Assembly: GCA_964544155.1 (NCBI GenBank)
Contig: CAZJAH010000001.1
Span: forward strand, 23,304 to 87,303
Direction: 5' to 3'
Source: an uncultured Hyphomicrobiales bacterium
Lineage (GTDB): Bacteria > Bacteroidota > Ignavibacteria > Kapaibacteriales > UBA2268
DNA length: 64,000 nucleotides
Shown here: piece by piece, positions 1-8,883 of the stretch
How the letters are laid out: the number at the start of each line of letters is the position of its first letter
Position numbering within the stretch: position 1 is the stretch's first letter
The notes under the pieces: model-generated
Databases searched by the model: none
Seen by the model: only the letters and a program-made list of their open reading frames with translations
Told to the model about the DNA's origin: nothing
Program-made: the position numbers and the translations under genes

Positions 1-43
1 TTGCAGATTGATTTAAAATATAAACCATATTGAGGGAGAAAAT

Positions 44-703
44 ATGAAATACTTTGCTTTTGTTTTAACTTTATCAATAGCTCTAATGTTAAATTCTTGT
101 GACCGGGGCGCAAAACCCCAGGTTTATAATGAAAAAATATCCCGGGAAAACCTGCCTGAGCTGGTCGAAAAAATGAAAGAAGATCCCAATGTAAGCAATC
201 AGGATATCGAGTACTTCACCCAGGGGCTCAACTTTACGCCACCCGATACCATTCAGAGCAAAACTGTAGGTGATGTGATCGAATCACAGAAGGAAAGAAT
301 CAGAAATTCTAACTTTCAGAGGGCAGCTCAAGGCGCGAAAAAAACTCAGATGTACATGCATCACCATTTTAAATTTGCCGGAATGAATACCAATGATCAG
401 GAAGAGGCTGATTTTAACCAGATTGTTTATGAAGTAACTAACCTCGGTGATAAAACTATTACTGACATTCAGGGGCAGATCCGGTTTTTCAGTCAGAAAA
501 ATGACATTATCAAAATATTCAATATCAATATGAATAAAAATATTGAACCCGGTGAAACAATCAGAAATGCCGAAAATTTTGTCCATGATCCCGAAAATAA
601 CAGAGACAGGATCATCAGGGATAATCTAAAAAATCTTAGAGGCAAATGGGAACCGATAACAATAACATTCGAAGGCGGTGAAAAGCTGACTTTGGCTGAT
701 TAA
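44..703 (+). CDS. Hypothetical lipoprotein
   Basis: N-terminal signal peptide with a lipobox (LMLNSC). GGGAG sits upstream of the ATG. The rest of the protein is hydrophilic with no recognisable catalytic motif. Confidence 0.5.
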   Translation: MKYFAFVLTLSIALMLNSCDRGAKPQVYNEKISRENLPELVEKMKEDPNVSNQDIEYFTQGLNFTPPDTIQSKTVGDVIESQKERIRNSNFQRAAQGAKKTQMYMHHHFKFAGMNTNDQEEADFNQIVYEVTNLGDKTITDIQGQIRFFSQKNDIIKIFNINMNKNIEPGETIRNAENFVHDPENNRDRIIRDNLKNLRGKWEPITITFEGGEKLTLAD

Positions 704-767
704 ATAGTATTAACAAAATATTTTTCTGGCAGTAAAGCTCCGGTAAACCGGGGCTTTATTAGTAAAA

Positions 768-791
768 GGGCAATTCTGGAATTGCCCTTTT
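768..791. terminator. Bidirectional rho-independent terminator between convergent genes
   Basis: Perfect hairpin GGGCAATT-ctgg-AATTGCCC followed by TTTT on the + strand, and by TTTTACT on the - strand. A second weaker hairpin GCTCCGGtaaaCCGGGGC lies at 737..754. Confidence 0.5.
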
Positions 792-829
792 ACTTAACGT
801 TTCTATAATGATAAACCCGAAGATAATGA

Positions 830-3800
830 TCAAAACCCTGCGAAGGAGTCTTCCATTATCTTATTTTGCTCGGCCAGATGGATTTTCATAAGGCCTGTTG
901 CAGTAGCGGCACTTTCTTTCCTGCCTACATAGTGCAGCTTCAAGCTGTATTTCTGAGCAAGATCAATTAAATAATGATGTATATAATGCCATGATCCCAT
1001 ATTCTTTGGCTCTTCCTGCACCCACACAAGCTCTTTCGCGTTCGGGTATGAGGAAATCAGTTTTGAAAGGTATTCTGTATAAAGCGGATAAAGCTGTTCC
1101 ACAGAAATAATGGCAGTATCTTTATTATCGATTTTTTCCCTGTGCGCCCAAAGTTCATGGAATATTTTGCCCGAGCATAGATTAATTCTTTTAACATTTT
1201 CTTTGTCGGCCAAATCATCATCGCGCATGTGCTTAAATTCACCGCTTTCAAGCTCGCGAATATCGGATACGGCATTAGTATGCCTCAACATACTTTTGGG
1301 CGTCATAATTACAAGCGGAACGCGGTTTTCGAGTTTCATCTGCCTTCGTAGTATGTGGAAATACTGCGCCGGGCTGGTCAGGTTAGCAACTATCATGTTT
1401 TCATCTGCACACAGCTGTAAAAACCTCTCCGGCCTGGCGCTGGAATGTTCCGGGCCCTGGCCATCGTAGCTGTGGGGCAGCAGCAGTACAAGGTTAGTTG
1501 TTACCCCCCATTTTACCTCCCCGCAGGCAATAAACTGATCCGCTATTGACTGAGCGTTATTGAAGAAATCTCCGAACTGGGCTTCCCAGAATGTCAGACA
1601 GTTTTTCGCGAGAACACTGTAGCCGTATTCAAATCCCAAAACAGCCATTTCGGATAATGGGCTGTCATAGATTCGTATTTTTGACTGATTTTCGCTAATG
1701 TCATTTAAGGGGGTGTATTCTTCCTCAGTTTTAACATCAAAGAGTACCGCATGCCTTTGGCTGAATGTACCTCTGCGGCTGTCCTGGCCGCTAAAGCGAA
1801 TATCATGACCGTCCATCAGTATGCTTCCGAAAGCCAGATGCTCTGCCATAGCCCAGTCGATGGCGGGTTTATCACTCATCACCATATCGTGGCGGCGCTT
1901 AAGTAAAGCTTTAACTTTGGGGTTAATATTAAAATGCGCAGGTACATGGGTGATTTTTTCAGTAATGAACTTTATATCTTTTTCTGAAACCCTGGTATCG
2001 ATCTTTTTATAGGTCTGTCCTTCTTTTCTTCTGTTAGGAATATCTCTGGATTTTTCAGATTCTTTTCTGCTGGCGTATTTTTTATTAAGAAAATCTTCGG
2101 CTTCTTTTTTTACTTTTTTTCTTTCATCTTCTGTAATAATATTGTCTTTAACAAGCAAATTGCCGTATAATTCAGCCACAGGGGATTGTTTGTTGAGCTT
2201 TTTGTATAAAAGCGGCTGCGTGTAAGACGGTTCATCAGCTTCGTTGTGGCCGTATTTTCTCCAGCATAGCATATCGATAATAACGTCGCTTTTGAATTTC
2301 TGCCTGTACTCAAACGCAAATACAGCAGCCGTTCTGACTGCTTCGGGATCATTGCCGTTGACGTGAAGTATTGGAGTTTGTATCATCTTAGCTATATCAG
2401 TGGCGTAAACAGTCGATCGCGCGTAATCGGAAGTTGTAGTAAAACCAATCTGATTATTAACAATTATATGTATGGTGCCGCCCGTTTTATAGCCGGAAAG
2501 CTGGGATAAGTTTAGCGTTTCAGCAACAATTCCCTGACCGGCGAAAGCGGCGTCGCCGTGAACCAGGATTGGGATCGCGTCCGAGTGCAGTTTGTCTTTT
2601 ATCTCGTTGTCTATGGCTCGCGCCATTCCTTCAACAACCGGGTTGACCAGTTCCAAATGGCTTGGGTTAGGAGCAAGAATGACTGGTATTGAGTTTTCTT
2701 TTGGTGAAATATACTGGCCTTGATCCCCCAGATGATATTTAACATCTCCTGCTCCGTAGTAATTAACGGGGTCTATGTCGCCGTCAAATTCCTTGAATAT
2801 GGCACGGTGCGATTTGCCAATATTATTAACAAGGGCGTTGAGCCTGCCTCTGTGAGCCATGCCAAGCACAATGGAATGCAGATCGCTGTCAGCTGATTTT
2901 TCAAAAAGCTTATCTATCAATACTATAAGCGATTCACCGCCTTCGAGCGAAAACCTCTTATGGCCGAGGAATTTTGTGTGAAGAAAATTCTCGAATGATT
3001 CCGCATCAATCAGCTTTTTGTAAATATGTTTTTTCTCTGTTTCAGAATAATTGAAAGAGCTGCGGGTACCCTCCAGCCTTTTCTTAAGCCATTCTTTTCT
3101 ATCCGGATTTTGAATATGCATGAACTCAATGCTGAGAGTTCCGCAGTATGTTTCCCTGAGCAGTTCTATGATATCTCTTAAGGGAAGTTCATTTCTTTCC
3201 CATGTATCATCAGCGTGAAATTCCCTGTCGAGGTCCCAAATAGTAAAACCGTAATAGGCAGGATCAAGTTCGGGATAGTAATATGATTCCTGCCCCAGTG
3301 GATTAACTGAAGCAAGCAGGTGCCCTCTTACCCTGTATGCGTTTATCATCTGTACGGCATGAGCGCCTTTTTCGACTGTATCTCTTATATCGATGAAACC
3401 GTTGTTGCCTTTGCGCGTATTATCTATTGCCCAGCGTACGGGTTCAAAGGGGATCTTAAGGCTGGCGAATATTTGGTCATAGAACTGGTCGCCGCCAATC
3501 AGTAGCTTGTGAATATATGCCAGAAATTCAGCAGATTCTGCGCCCTGTATGATCCTGTGATCATATGTGTTTGTCATGGTTACGACTTTTGAAAGCGCGA
3601 AAGTAGTCATTATTTCCGGCCTTACGGCCTGAAATTCTGTCGGGTAATCGATCGATCCTGTAGCTATGATCATACCCTGCCCTTTCATAAGCCTGGGGCT
3701 GGAAGCTGTTGTGCCGATCATGCCGGGGTTAGTTAGTGTAACGGTTGTATCTTCCAGATCGCTAAGTGCTATCTTATTCGACCTTGTTTTATCAATAATC

Positions 3801-4456
3801 TTTTGAAATTCTTCAATAAATTCGGAAAAATTGTGCTGCCCGGCATTTTTAACGTTTGGAACAAGCAGAAGCCTTGTTCCGTCTTTTTTTGTGATATCAA
3901 CAGCCAGGCCGATATTGATATGCTTTCTTTTGATTCTGCCGGGCTTGTTATTCTTAACCGCGAAAGCGTCGTTCAGATACGGGAATTTCATCAGTGCCCT
4001 GACAATCGCCCAGGCAAGTATGTGAGTAAATGAAACTTTTGGGCGTTTCATTTTCAACAGATATTTATTAATTATGCGGCGGTTTTCATCTAAAGCTTTA
4101 ACAGGTATTGATCGCGATGAAGTAGCTGTCGGTACTTCAATGCTTTCTTCCATATTTTTTGCAATTTTTGACTGAACAGATGATAATTCGATAATCTCAT
4201 CACCCTCATTTCTGAATTGTTCGGCTTCTTCTTCAGGTGGTGTGAATTCCTGATATGGTTTGGGCGCTATTGGCAGATGGGCTTGTTCCGGCTTATTTTT
4301 TTTCTGTTCTCTGGGCGGTTTTCTCTCTTTATGCGGAAGTTGGAACTTCTCGTAATTCTCTTCAAAGTAGTGCCTCCATTCAGGGCTTACTGATTGCGGG
4401 TCGCGCAAGTATTGATGAAATAATTCATCTTCGAATGCTGCATTCGGATTAATCAT
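830..4456 (-). CDS. sucA: 2-oxoglutarate dehydrogenase E1 component with fused lipoyl-less E2 succinyltransferase catalytic domain (Kgd/OdhA-type, 1208 aa)
   Basis: N-terminus MINPNAAFEDELFHQYLRDPQSVSPEWRHYF is typical of SucA. An E/P-rich linker leads into an E2 acyltransferase catalytic core carrying the DHRIIQG(A) motif, then a full TPP-dependent E1o body. Total length matches actinobacterial Kgd/OdhA (~1220 aa). No lipoyl-lysine domain is visible. Confidence 0.85.
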   Translation of the reverse strand: MINPNAAFEDELFHQYLRDPQSVSPEWRHYFEENYEKFQLPHKERKPPREQKKNKPEQAHLPIAPKPYQEFTPPEEEAEQFRNEGDEIIELSSVQSKIAKNMEESIEVPTATSSRSIPVKALDENRRIINKYLLKMKRPKVSFTHILAWAIVRALMKFPYLNDAFAVKNNKPGRIKRKHINIGLAVDITKKDGTRLLLVPNVKNAGQHNFSEFIEEFQKIIDKTRSNKIALSDLEDTTVTLTNPGMIGTTASSPRLMKGQGMIIATGSIDYPTEFQAVRPEIMTTFALSKVVTMTNTYDHRIIQGAESAEFLAYIHKLLIGGDQFYDQIFASLKIPFEPVRWAIDNTRKGNNGFIDIRDTVEKGAHAVQMINAYRVRGHLLASVNPLGQESYYYPELDPAYYGFTIWDLDREFHADDTWERNELPLRDIIELLRETYCGTLSIEFMHIQNPDRKEWLKKRLEGTRSSFNYSETEKKHIYKKLIDAESFENFLHTKFLGHKRFSLEGGESLIVLIDKLFEKSADSDLHSIVLGMAHRGRLNALVNNIGKSHRAIFKEFDGDIDPVNYYGAGDVKYHLGDQGQYISPKENSIPVILAPNPSHLELVNPVVEGMARAIDNEIKDKLHSDAIPILVHGDAAFAGQGIVAETLNLSQLSGYKTGGTIHIIVNNQIGFTTTSDYARSTVYATDIAKMIQTPILHVNGNDPEAVRTAAVFAFEYRQKFKSDVIIDMLCWRKYGHNEADEPSYTQPLLYKKLNKQSPVAELYGNLLVKDNIITEDERKKVKKEAEDFLNKKYASRKESEKSRDIPNRRKEGQTYKKIDTRVSEKDIKFITEKITHVPAHFNINPKVKALLKRRHDMVMSDKPAIDWAMAEHLAFGSILMDGHDIRFSGQDSRRGTFSQRHAVLFDVKTEEEYTPLNDISENQSKIRIYDSPLSEMAVLGFEYGYSVLAKNCLTFWEAQFGDFFNNAQSIADQFIACGEVKWGVTTNLVLLLPHSYDGQGPEHSSARPERFLQLCADENMIVANLTSPAQYFHILRRQMKLENRVPLVIMTPKSMLRHTNAVSDIRELESGEFKHMRDDDLADKENVKRINLCSGKIFHELWAHREKIDNKDTAIISVEQLYPLYTEYLSKLISSYPNAKELVWVQEEPKNMGSWHYIHHYLIDLAQKYSLKLHYVGRKESAATATGLMKIHLAEQNKIMEDSFAGF

Positions 4457-4534
4457 TATTTTATTATTTATGTAATTCTACAATTTACAATGTTTTAGGA
4501 TTTTTTATTCCTGAATATAACACCTGGAATAACA

Positions 4535-4568
4535 AAAACCATGCCTTATCAATAAAAGCATGGCTTAA
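4535..4568 (-). terminator. Rho-independent terminator downstream of ptsN
   Basis: On the - strand the hairpin CCATGCTT..AAGGCATGG is followed by TTTTT. It lies about 70 nt downstream of the ptsN stop. Confidence 0.4.
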
Positions 4569-4597
4569 AAACGATATTTGAAATATCTAATTGTATA

Positions 4598-4650
4598 TTT
4601 AGCACAGCTAGCACAGGCTAATGGCCTTTTAGCACAGGCTATTGGCTTTC
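4598..4650. repeat. Tandem direct repeat, about 20 bp, 2.5 copies (TTTAGCACAGGCTAATGGCC / TTTAGCACAGGCTATTGGCT)
   Basis: Read directly: AGCACAGCT-AGCACAGGCTAATGGCC-TTTTAGCACAGGCTATTGGCT. It overlaps the ptsN stop codon and sits about 150 bp upstream of the kgd start on the same strand. Confidence 0.6.
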
Positions 4651-5097
4651 AATTTTTTTGAATACTTCCAGCACTCCGTCAGGTGTTTTCTGCTGCATAA
4701 GTTCAAGCTTAAGAGCATCATTGTTCATTATGCGCGATATTTTACTAAGAAGCCTCAGGTGGTTACCTACATTATTTTCACGGCCCAACAATAAAAAAAC
4801 CAGATTTACAGGTTCTGAATCAAGTGAATCGTAATCCACGGGAGTTGTCAATAATGCAAAGGCACCGATAGAATCCTCTACTGCGTTTGTCTTGGCGTGA
4901 GGCAGGGCAATGCCTTTGCCTACGCCAGTGGACATAATTTTTTCCCTTTCGAATATTTCTTTGCGGGCGTCACCCGGATTATTTATCTTACCCGAATTAA
5001 CGGCCAATTTTACCATTTCGTCGAGCAGCTCTTTTTTATTTTTTACTTCGAGCCCGACTTTAATTGAACCGGTATTTAATATTTCCTGGATTTTCAT
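4639..5097 (-). CDS. ptsN: PTS EIIA-Ntr nitrogen regulatory protein (EIIA type 2)
   Basis: 152 aa protein with the phosphorylatable histidine motif GKGIALPHAKT and EIIA(Fru/Ntr) fold hallmarks (LLLGREN...HLRLLS). Confidence 0.75.
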   Translation of the reverse strand: MKIQEILNTGSIKVGLEVKNKKELLDEMVKLAVNSGKINNPGDARKEIFEREKIMSTGVGKGIALPHAKTNAVEDSIGAFALLTTPVDYDSLDSEPVNLVFLLLGRENNVGNHLRLLSKISRIMNNDALKLELMQQKTPDGVLEVFKKIESQ

Positions 5098-5175
5098 CTA
5101 CCGTCCCTCTAATCTTACGTCTTTCCCATTTAACAGACTTACAATATAAAGACGTTTTTCCTATAAAAAAAATGA

Positions 5176-7689
5176 TTATAGGTTGCCTTCCTCTTTCCAT
5201 TGATTGATCAGGGATATATATTTTTTTGCCAATGACTCTGCCATATCAAATTGATCGCTTTCACTGTACACAACAAATGAAGCCGTTTCCTTAGCGGGAA
5301 GCAGAAGCACTGAATCCCCCTGTTCGGTGAATATTTTTACACCTTCTACCAGTTCGCGTTTTAATTTATTTGAATGATCCATCGCGCGCCTCATTACAAG
5401 GCCCTTAAGCTCCCAGGGTACCTCTACGGTTTCTGAATGTTGGTATCGGCGGGGAAGAGTTTCATCCAGTTTAGAAATTTTATGGCCGCTTTTGGCGAGC
5501 ATCTCAAGTATCTGTCCGATAGTGAACATACCGTCAGAGGCGAAAAGGAAATCACTAAAAATATAACCGCCGTAAATTCCTCCGGCAAAAAGCACGCTTT
5601 CATCACGGGTGGATTCCATCATAGCCGAGTGTGAATTTTTTATCCTGACTATCTCTACATTGTAGTCTTTAGCTATTTCATCTATTTCACTGCCGGCAAC
5701 TATTGAAATGGCAATTTTATAAGGCTCTTTTTTTCTGTGAGTTTCAAGGAATAATTTAGTTAAAATAGTAAGAAGCCTCATTGGTGAATACCATACTCCC
5801 CTTTCATCAATAAGCGAGATCTTCTCGGCGCCCGGATCCATTCTGAATCCAAGCTCATAATTGAGCGAACGCATTATCCTGCCGGTTTCGCCGCTTTCCA
5901 GGGGCTGCATAGTCGGATCTGGATGGAATTTTGAAGCGTCTATATAATTATTCAGTGAAATAACCTCCGCGCCGAGCTTACCGAGAATGCTCGGGAATAT
6001 AATAGAAGATAAACCATACGAATAATCTACAAGCAGCTTGAATTTTCTTTCCTTAATATTATCGACTTCGAGTGATTCCATAAAGCGGTTAATGTAAATT
6101 TCGTTTGTTCTTTCCGGATATGTAATTGAGCCTAGTTCATCATATTTGACTCGTTTAATATCCTCTCCGAAGTAGTATCTCTCAATTTTTTTGGTTGTGG
6201 ATATTGAAATATCCCTGCCCTCTTTGTTGAATATAATTATATCAGAATAATCCGGATTTCTGTGGCTGCGCCTAACGTGGAATCCGCCGTCATAGCGTCC
6301 TGTTCGCAGTTCCTGCCTTGTCTGAGGTATTGAAACCGTTTGAAGGTCGTTTACGTTTACGCCTACTGATGAAAGTCCGGCTGTTATGGACCTTTTCATT
6401 ATCCTGGAAACCTTGTGGGGATCGCGGCTGGCAAGCAGTTTAGAGCGTTTCCCCATTGAAAGCCCTATTGCAGCGCCAAGCTTAGCGCCGAACTCTGGAT
6501 TAATATCTATATTTGATAATCCCGAGATACGGGCATCGGTGAATAGCTCGCGAAGCCATTTATCTTCCTGTACTATTGAGCGTGTTACACTGGCGCGCTC
6601 TTCAACATTCTTGTTCGGCCACAATTTTATATTCGGGGATAACCTTGCCTGCCTGCCTATATTACAATTATCGCCGATGAATACGTTTTCGGCGATAGTT
6701 ACCGAACTGCCGAGCTGTACGCCATAGCAGACAACGTCATCAGTCAGGTCGGCGAAATCGCCTATAACGGCATTATCCCATATTGTAACGCCGTTCAGCC
6801 TCGCGCCCCTCCCGATCTTTACGTTATTTCCGATCACGCAGTCTCTTAAATAAACATTATCCCCTATAACAGTGTCATCTCCAATAATCACGACATCCTC
6901 CATTTGCGCGGTCGGTGCTATATTAGCGGTTGAAGAGATAATATAATCACCGTTCTGTTTGCCGTTTACAATAAGAGACAGATTTCCTCTGAGTGCGTCA
7001 TACTGGCCGGTCTGATATTCAGTCAGGTTGCCCACATCGCGCCAGTACCCTTCGGCAACAAATCCGTATAGCGGCATTTTTCTATCAAGTATCATCGGGA
7101 AAAGATCCTTGCTGAAATCAAATTCTTCCCTAAAAGGGATCATATCCAATACTTCGGGTTCAAGTATATAAATTCCTGTATTGATTGTATCTGAAAAAAC
7201 CTGCCCCCATGAGGGTTTTTCAAGGAATCTTGTAATGCGGCCTTCTTCGTCGGTGATCACAATACCGTATGCCAGCGGGTTTGTTACTCTGGTAAGCAGG
7301 ATAGTGGCTTTAGAGCCTTTTTCCTCGTGAAATTTCAGCGCTTTACTGATATCAAAATCTGTGAGCACATCGCCGCTTATGATGATAAAGCGGTCATTAA
7401 GATATTCATGGGCATTCTTTACGCTGCCTGCTGTGCCGTAATCAGCCTGAGCGAGCACGTAATTCATGTTTATCCCGAATTTTGAGCCGTCCTCGAAGTG
7501 CCCCGTTATTGCTTCAGGCTGAAAATACAGTAATGATACTATATCCCTGATGTTATGATTTTTCAATAAATTGACAATATGCCCCATCATAGGTACGTTC
7601 GCTATCGGTACCATGGGTTTTGGAATGTTCATTGTAAGCGGCCTTAATCTTGTGCCAAATCCGCCCGCCATTATCACGGCCTTGTTCAT
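5176..7689 (-). CDS. Bifunctional sugar-1-phosphate nucleotidyltransferase (mannose-1-P guanylyltransferase-like) / phosphomannomutase-phosphoglucomutase fusion (837 aa)
   Basis: N-terminal MNKAVIMAGGFGTRLRPLT NTP-transferase motif. Central left-handed beta-helix hexapeptide repeats (IGDNVYLRDCVIGNNVKIG...). C-terminal alpha-D-phosphohexomutase domain with the active-site Ser region FHVRRSHRNP and GGIYGGYIFSDF. Confidence 0.75.
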   Translation of the reverse strand: MNKAVIMAGGFGTRLRPLTMNIPKPMVPIANVPMMGHIVNLLKNHNIRDIVSLLYFQPEAITGHFEDGSKFGINMNYVLAQADYGTAGSVKNAHEYLNDRFIIISGDVLTDFDISKALKFHEEKGSKATILLTRVTNPLAYGIVITDEEGRITRFLEKPSWGQVFSDTINTGIYILEPEVLDMIPFREEFDFSKDLFPMILDRKMPLYGFVAEGYWRDVGNLTEYQTGQYDALRGNLSLIVNGKQNGDYIISSTANIAPTAQMEDVVIIGDDTVIGDNVYLRDCVIGNNVKIGRGARLNGVTIWDNAVIGDFADLTDDVVCYGVQLGSSVTIAENVFIGDNCNIGRQARLSPNIKLWPNKNVEERASVTRSIVQEDKWLRELFTDARISGLSNIDINPEFGAKLGAAIGLSMGKRSKLLASRDPHKVSRIMKRSITAGLSSVGVNVNDLQTVSIPQTRQELRTGRYDGGFHVRRSHRNPDYSDIIIFNKEGRDISISTTKKIERYYFGEDIKRVKYDELGSITYPERTNEIYINRFMESLEVDNIKERKFKLLVDYSYGLSSIIFPSILGKLGAEVISLNNYIDASKFHPDPTMQPLESGETGRIMRSLNYELGFRMDPGAEKISLIDERGVWYSPMRLLTILTKLFLETHRKKEPYKIAISIVAGSEIDEIAKDYNVEIVRIKNSHSAMMESTRDESVLFAGGIYGGYIFSDFLFASDGMFTIGQILEMLAKSGHKISKLDETLPRRYQHSETVEVPWELKGLVMRRAMDHSNKLKRELVEGVKIFTEQGDSVLLLPAKETASFVVYSESDQFDMAESLAKKYISLINQWKEEGNL

Positions 7690-7887
7690 TTTACTGTTCC
7701 CCGGTTTTAGTTATGGATAAAATGTAAAGAACGACGCATTCATGGGGTTTTTCAGTACCTTAATCATGAATAAAACTATTAACGAATTTAAAAACTAATA
7801 TTATTAAAAAAAGGATACTAATTCGATATTTCTTATTTTTGCTATCAGAATTTTTTTTTAGCAGATAAAATTAACTGGCATTATAAA

Positions 7888-8880
7888 ATGAACAAAAAAG
7901 CAGTAGTAACCGGAGCAACAGGATTTATAGGCAGCCATGTGGCTGACAAGCTTTTGGAAAGAGGATATGAAGTTATCTGCACGGTCAGGAAATCCTCGAA
8001 CCTTCGCTGGCTGAAAGATAAGCCTATCAAAACAGTAGAAGCCTCTTTAGATGACAAAGAATCATTGAAAAAAGCCGTAGAAGGCGCTGATTATATCTTC
8101 CACGTAGCCGGGCTTACATTTGCCCGAAATGATGATGAATTCATGCGCGGCAACCGTGATGCTACCAAAAATTTACTGGAAGCCGCCATGGAAAAAGCTC
8201 CAGATCTTAAGCGATTTCTCTTTGTAAGCAGCCAGACAGTAACCGGGCCATCTACTGCTCTGGATAAACCCGTTGACGAAACTACCGTATGTAAGCCGCT
8301 TACGGCATACGGAAGAAGCAAAAAGGCAGCCGAAGAAGAAGTACTGAAAATGAAAGATCTTATACCGATAACTGTGGTCAGGGCGCCGGCTGTATTCGGC
8401 CCGAGGGATACAGCAATTTTCGACGTGTTTAAATCAGTAAGAAAGGGCATAGGACCTCTGATCGGTTCTAAGCCGAAATATATCAGTCTTATTCATTCCG
8501 ATGACTTGGCAAGGGGTATCATTGATGCCGCAGAATCTGATAAAACTATCGGTGGTATATACTTTGTTTCATCGGGAGAATTTTATACCTGGGAGAGGCT
8601 TATCGATCTTATCGGCAAATCATTCGGCAATACCAAAGTTCTGAAGTTAAGGCTTCCCCATCCTTTAGTGCTGACCGCGGCAGGCCTATCGGAATTTTTT
8701 GGCCGGTTTTCTACAAAGCCGCCGGTTTTCAATTATGAAAAAGGAATTGATTTCATTCAAGATTACTGGATATGCTCTATAGAGAAATCCAAACGGGATT
8801 TCGGTTTTGAACAGAAAGTTTCTATAGAGGAAGGCATTGAAAATACATGCAAATGGTATTTGGATAATAAGTGGTTATAA
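7888..8880 (+). CDS. NAD-dependent epimerase/dehydratase (SDR family)
   Basis: Rossmann motif VTGATGFIGSHV at the N-terminus. Length 330 aa. The catalytic YxxxK region is present (TAYGRSKKAAEE). Confidence 0.8.
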   Translation: MNKKAVVTGATGFIGSHVADKLLERGYEVICTVRKSSNLRWLKDKPIKTVEASLDDKESLKKAVEGADYIFHVAGLTFARNDDEFMRGNRDATKNLLEAAMEKAPDLKRFLFVSSQTVTGPSTALDKPVDETTVCKPLTAYGRSKKAAEEEVLKMKDLIPITVVRAPAVFGPRDTAIFDVFKSVRKGIGPLIGSKPKYISLIHSDDLARGIIDAAESDKTIGGIYFVSSGEFYTWERLIDLIGKSFGNTKVLKLRLPHPLVLTAAGLSEFFGRFSTKPPVFNYEKGIDFIQDYWICSIEKSKRDFGFEQKVSIEEGIENTCKWYLDNKWL

Positions 8881-8883
8881 GCT

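Noticed and set aside
284-586. 100-aa minus-strand ORF inside the lipoprotein gene, plus several 60-120-aa ORFs antisense to kgd (1057..1275, 1110..1469, 3803..4033)
   Set aside because: These are shadow ORFs overlapping confidently called genes, with no start signals and no motifs.
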